64,000 bases of DNA from an uncultured Solirubrobacterales bacterium (GTDB lineage Bacteria; Actinomycetota; Thermoleophilia; Solirubrobacterales; JBBDJG01): contig CAWGVJ010000005.1 of the NCBI GenBank assembly GCA_963826005.1, positions 76,848 to 140,847 on the forward strand, given 5' to 3'. Below, one piece after another: positions 63,389 through 64,000 of the stretch. Under the pieces are notes generated by a model that saw nothing but the letters and a program-made list of their open reading frames with translations, did not search any database and was not told where the DNA came from. Each line of letters opens with the position of its first letter. Position 1 is the first letter of the stretch. The position numbers were made by a program, and so were the translations under genes.

Positions 63389-64000
63389 CTAAAGAAGGTA
63401 GACCGTGCTCCACACGATGATCCACATCACGTCCACGAAGTGCCAGTAGATGCCGGCACATTCGACGCCCATATGGGACTCGGGACTGAAGTGGCCGCGG
63501 TATGCGCGCACGGTCATCATCGCAAGCAGTGTGAGCCCCACGAAGACGTGGGCCCCGTGTAATCCCGTGAGGCCGTAGAAGACGGACGCGAACGCGCCGT
63601 CGGAGATCGCGAATCCTGCCTTCGTGTACTCGTTGATCTGCGTGAGCAGGAACATGGAGCCGAGCATGAACGTGCTCGCGAGCCCGACCTGGAGGCCCAG
63701 GCGGTTGCCCTTCTTGATGGAGTGAAGGGCGTAGTGCACGGTGAAGCTGGACGACACCAGGATCGCGGTGTTCATGGTGGCGACCAGGACCGGGAACTCG
63801 AACGGCTCGGGCGGCCAGGGCTCGTTCTGCACGACGCGGATGAAGAAGTAGGCCGTGAAGAACGACCCGAACAGCATCGCCTCGGAGATGATGAAGAGCA
63901 GGATCCCGAGCAGCTGCGCGTCGATCCGCGAGCTCTTGTGAGCCTCGGGCGGGCCGTGGTGCTCGTGGGCGTGCGCGCCCGCGGCGACTGAGGCAGATTC
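63389..64000 (-). CDS. ctaE: Cytochrome c oxidase subunit III (start lies beyond the window)
   Basis: FIISEAMLFGSFF, NTAILVSSS, TGLHGAHV, YWHFVDVMW. Confidence 0.95.
   Translation of the reverse strand, partial: ESASVAAGAHAHEHHGPPEAHKSSRIDAQLLGILLFIISEAMLFGSFFTAYFFIRVVQNEPWPPEPFEFPVLVATMNTAILVSSSFTVHYALHSIKKGNRLGLQVGLASTFMLGSMFLLTQINEYTKAGFAISDGAFASVFYGLTGLHGAHVFVGLTLLAMMTVRAYRGHFSPESHMGVECAGIYWHFVDVMWIIVWSTVYLL

Overview
High-GC DNA whose gene content and protein families point to a Thermoleophilia/Solirubrobacterales-like actinobacterium (inferred, not searched). Many genes, including ispH, lysA, hom, thrC and thrB, are split by single-base indels. These look like long-read assembly errors, so genes were reconstructed across frames and some ends are approximate. 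Housekeeping and metabolic content: ispH, acetone carboxylase acxABC, mug, a divergent gltB beside a Zn-ribbon-FHA gene, a ParA-family ATPase, lysA-hom-thrC-thrB, lgt, a beta-oxidation cluster, an ECF sigma factor, a PlsC-GpsA fusion and the end of a cytochrome oxidase operon. Most notable: (1) a copper-acquisition-like operon (two uncharacterised secreted proteins, CopC, two YcnI) preceded by a membrane ORF whose reconstructed C-terminus is a RAPP arrest-type motif followed by a hairpin; (2) a second copper locus pairing a PHM/SURNod19-like monooxygenase with a CopC-CopD fusion; (3) a ~200-aa C-terminal YPRxKGATP...GxxVP domain shared by two unrelated secreted proteins; (4) in-frame palindromic inserts in acxA, acxC and gltB; (5) a c-di-AMP riboswitch before an M23 peptidase; (6) a 22-bp operator repeated at two beta-oxidation promoters; (7) a tRNA-Thr(UGU) with a 6-bp anticodon stem, overlapped by a degenerate PD-(D/E)XK endonuclease gene.
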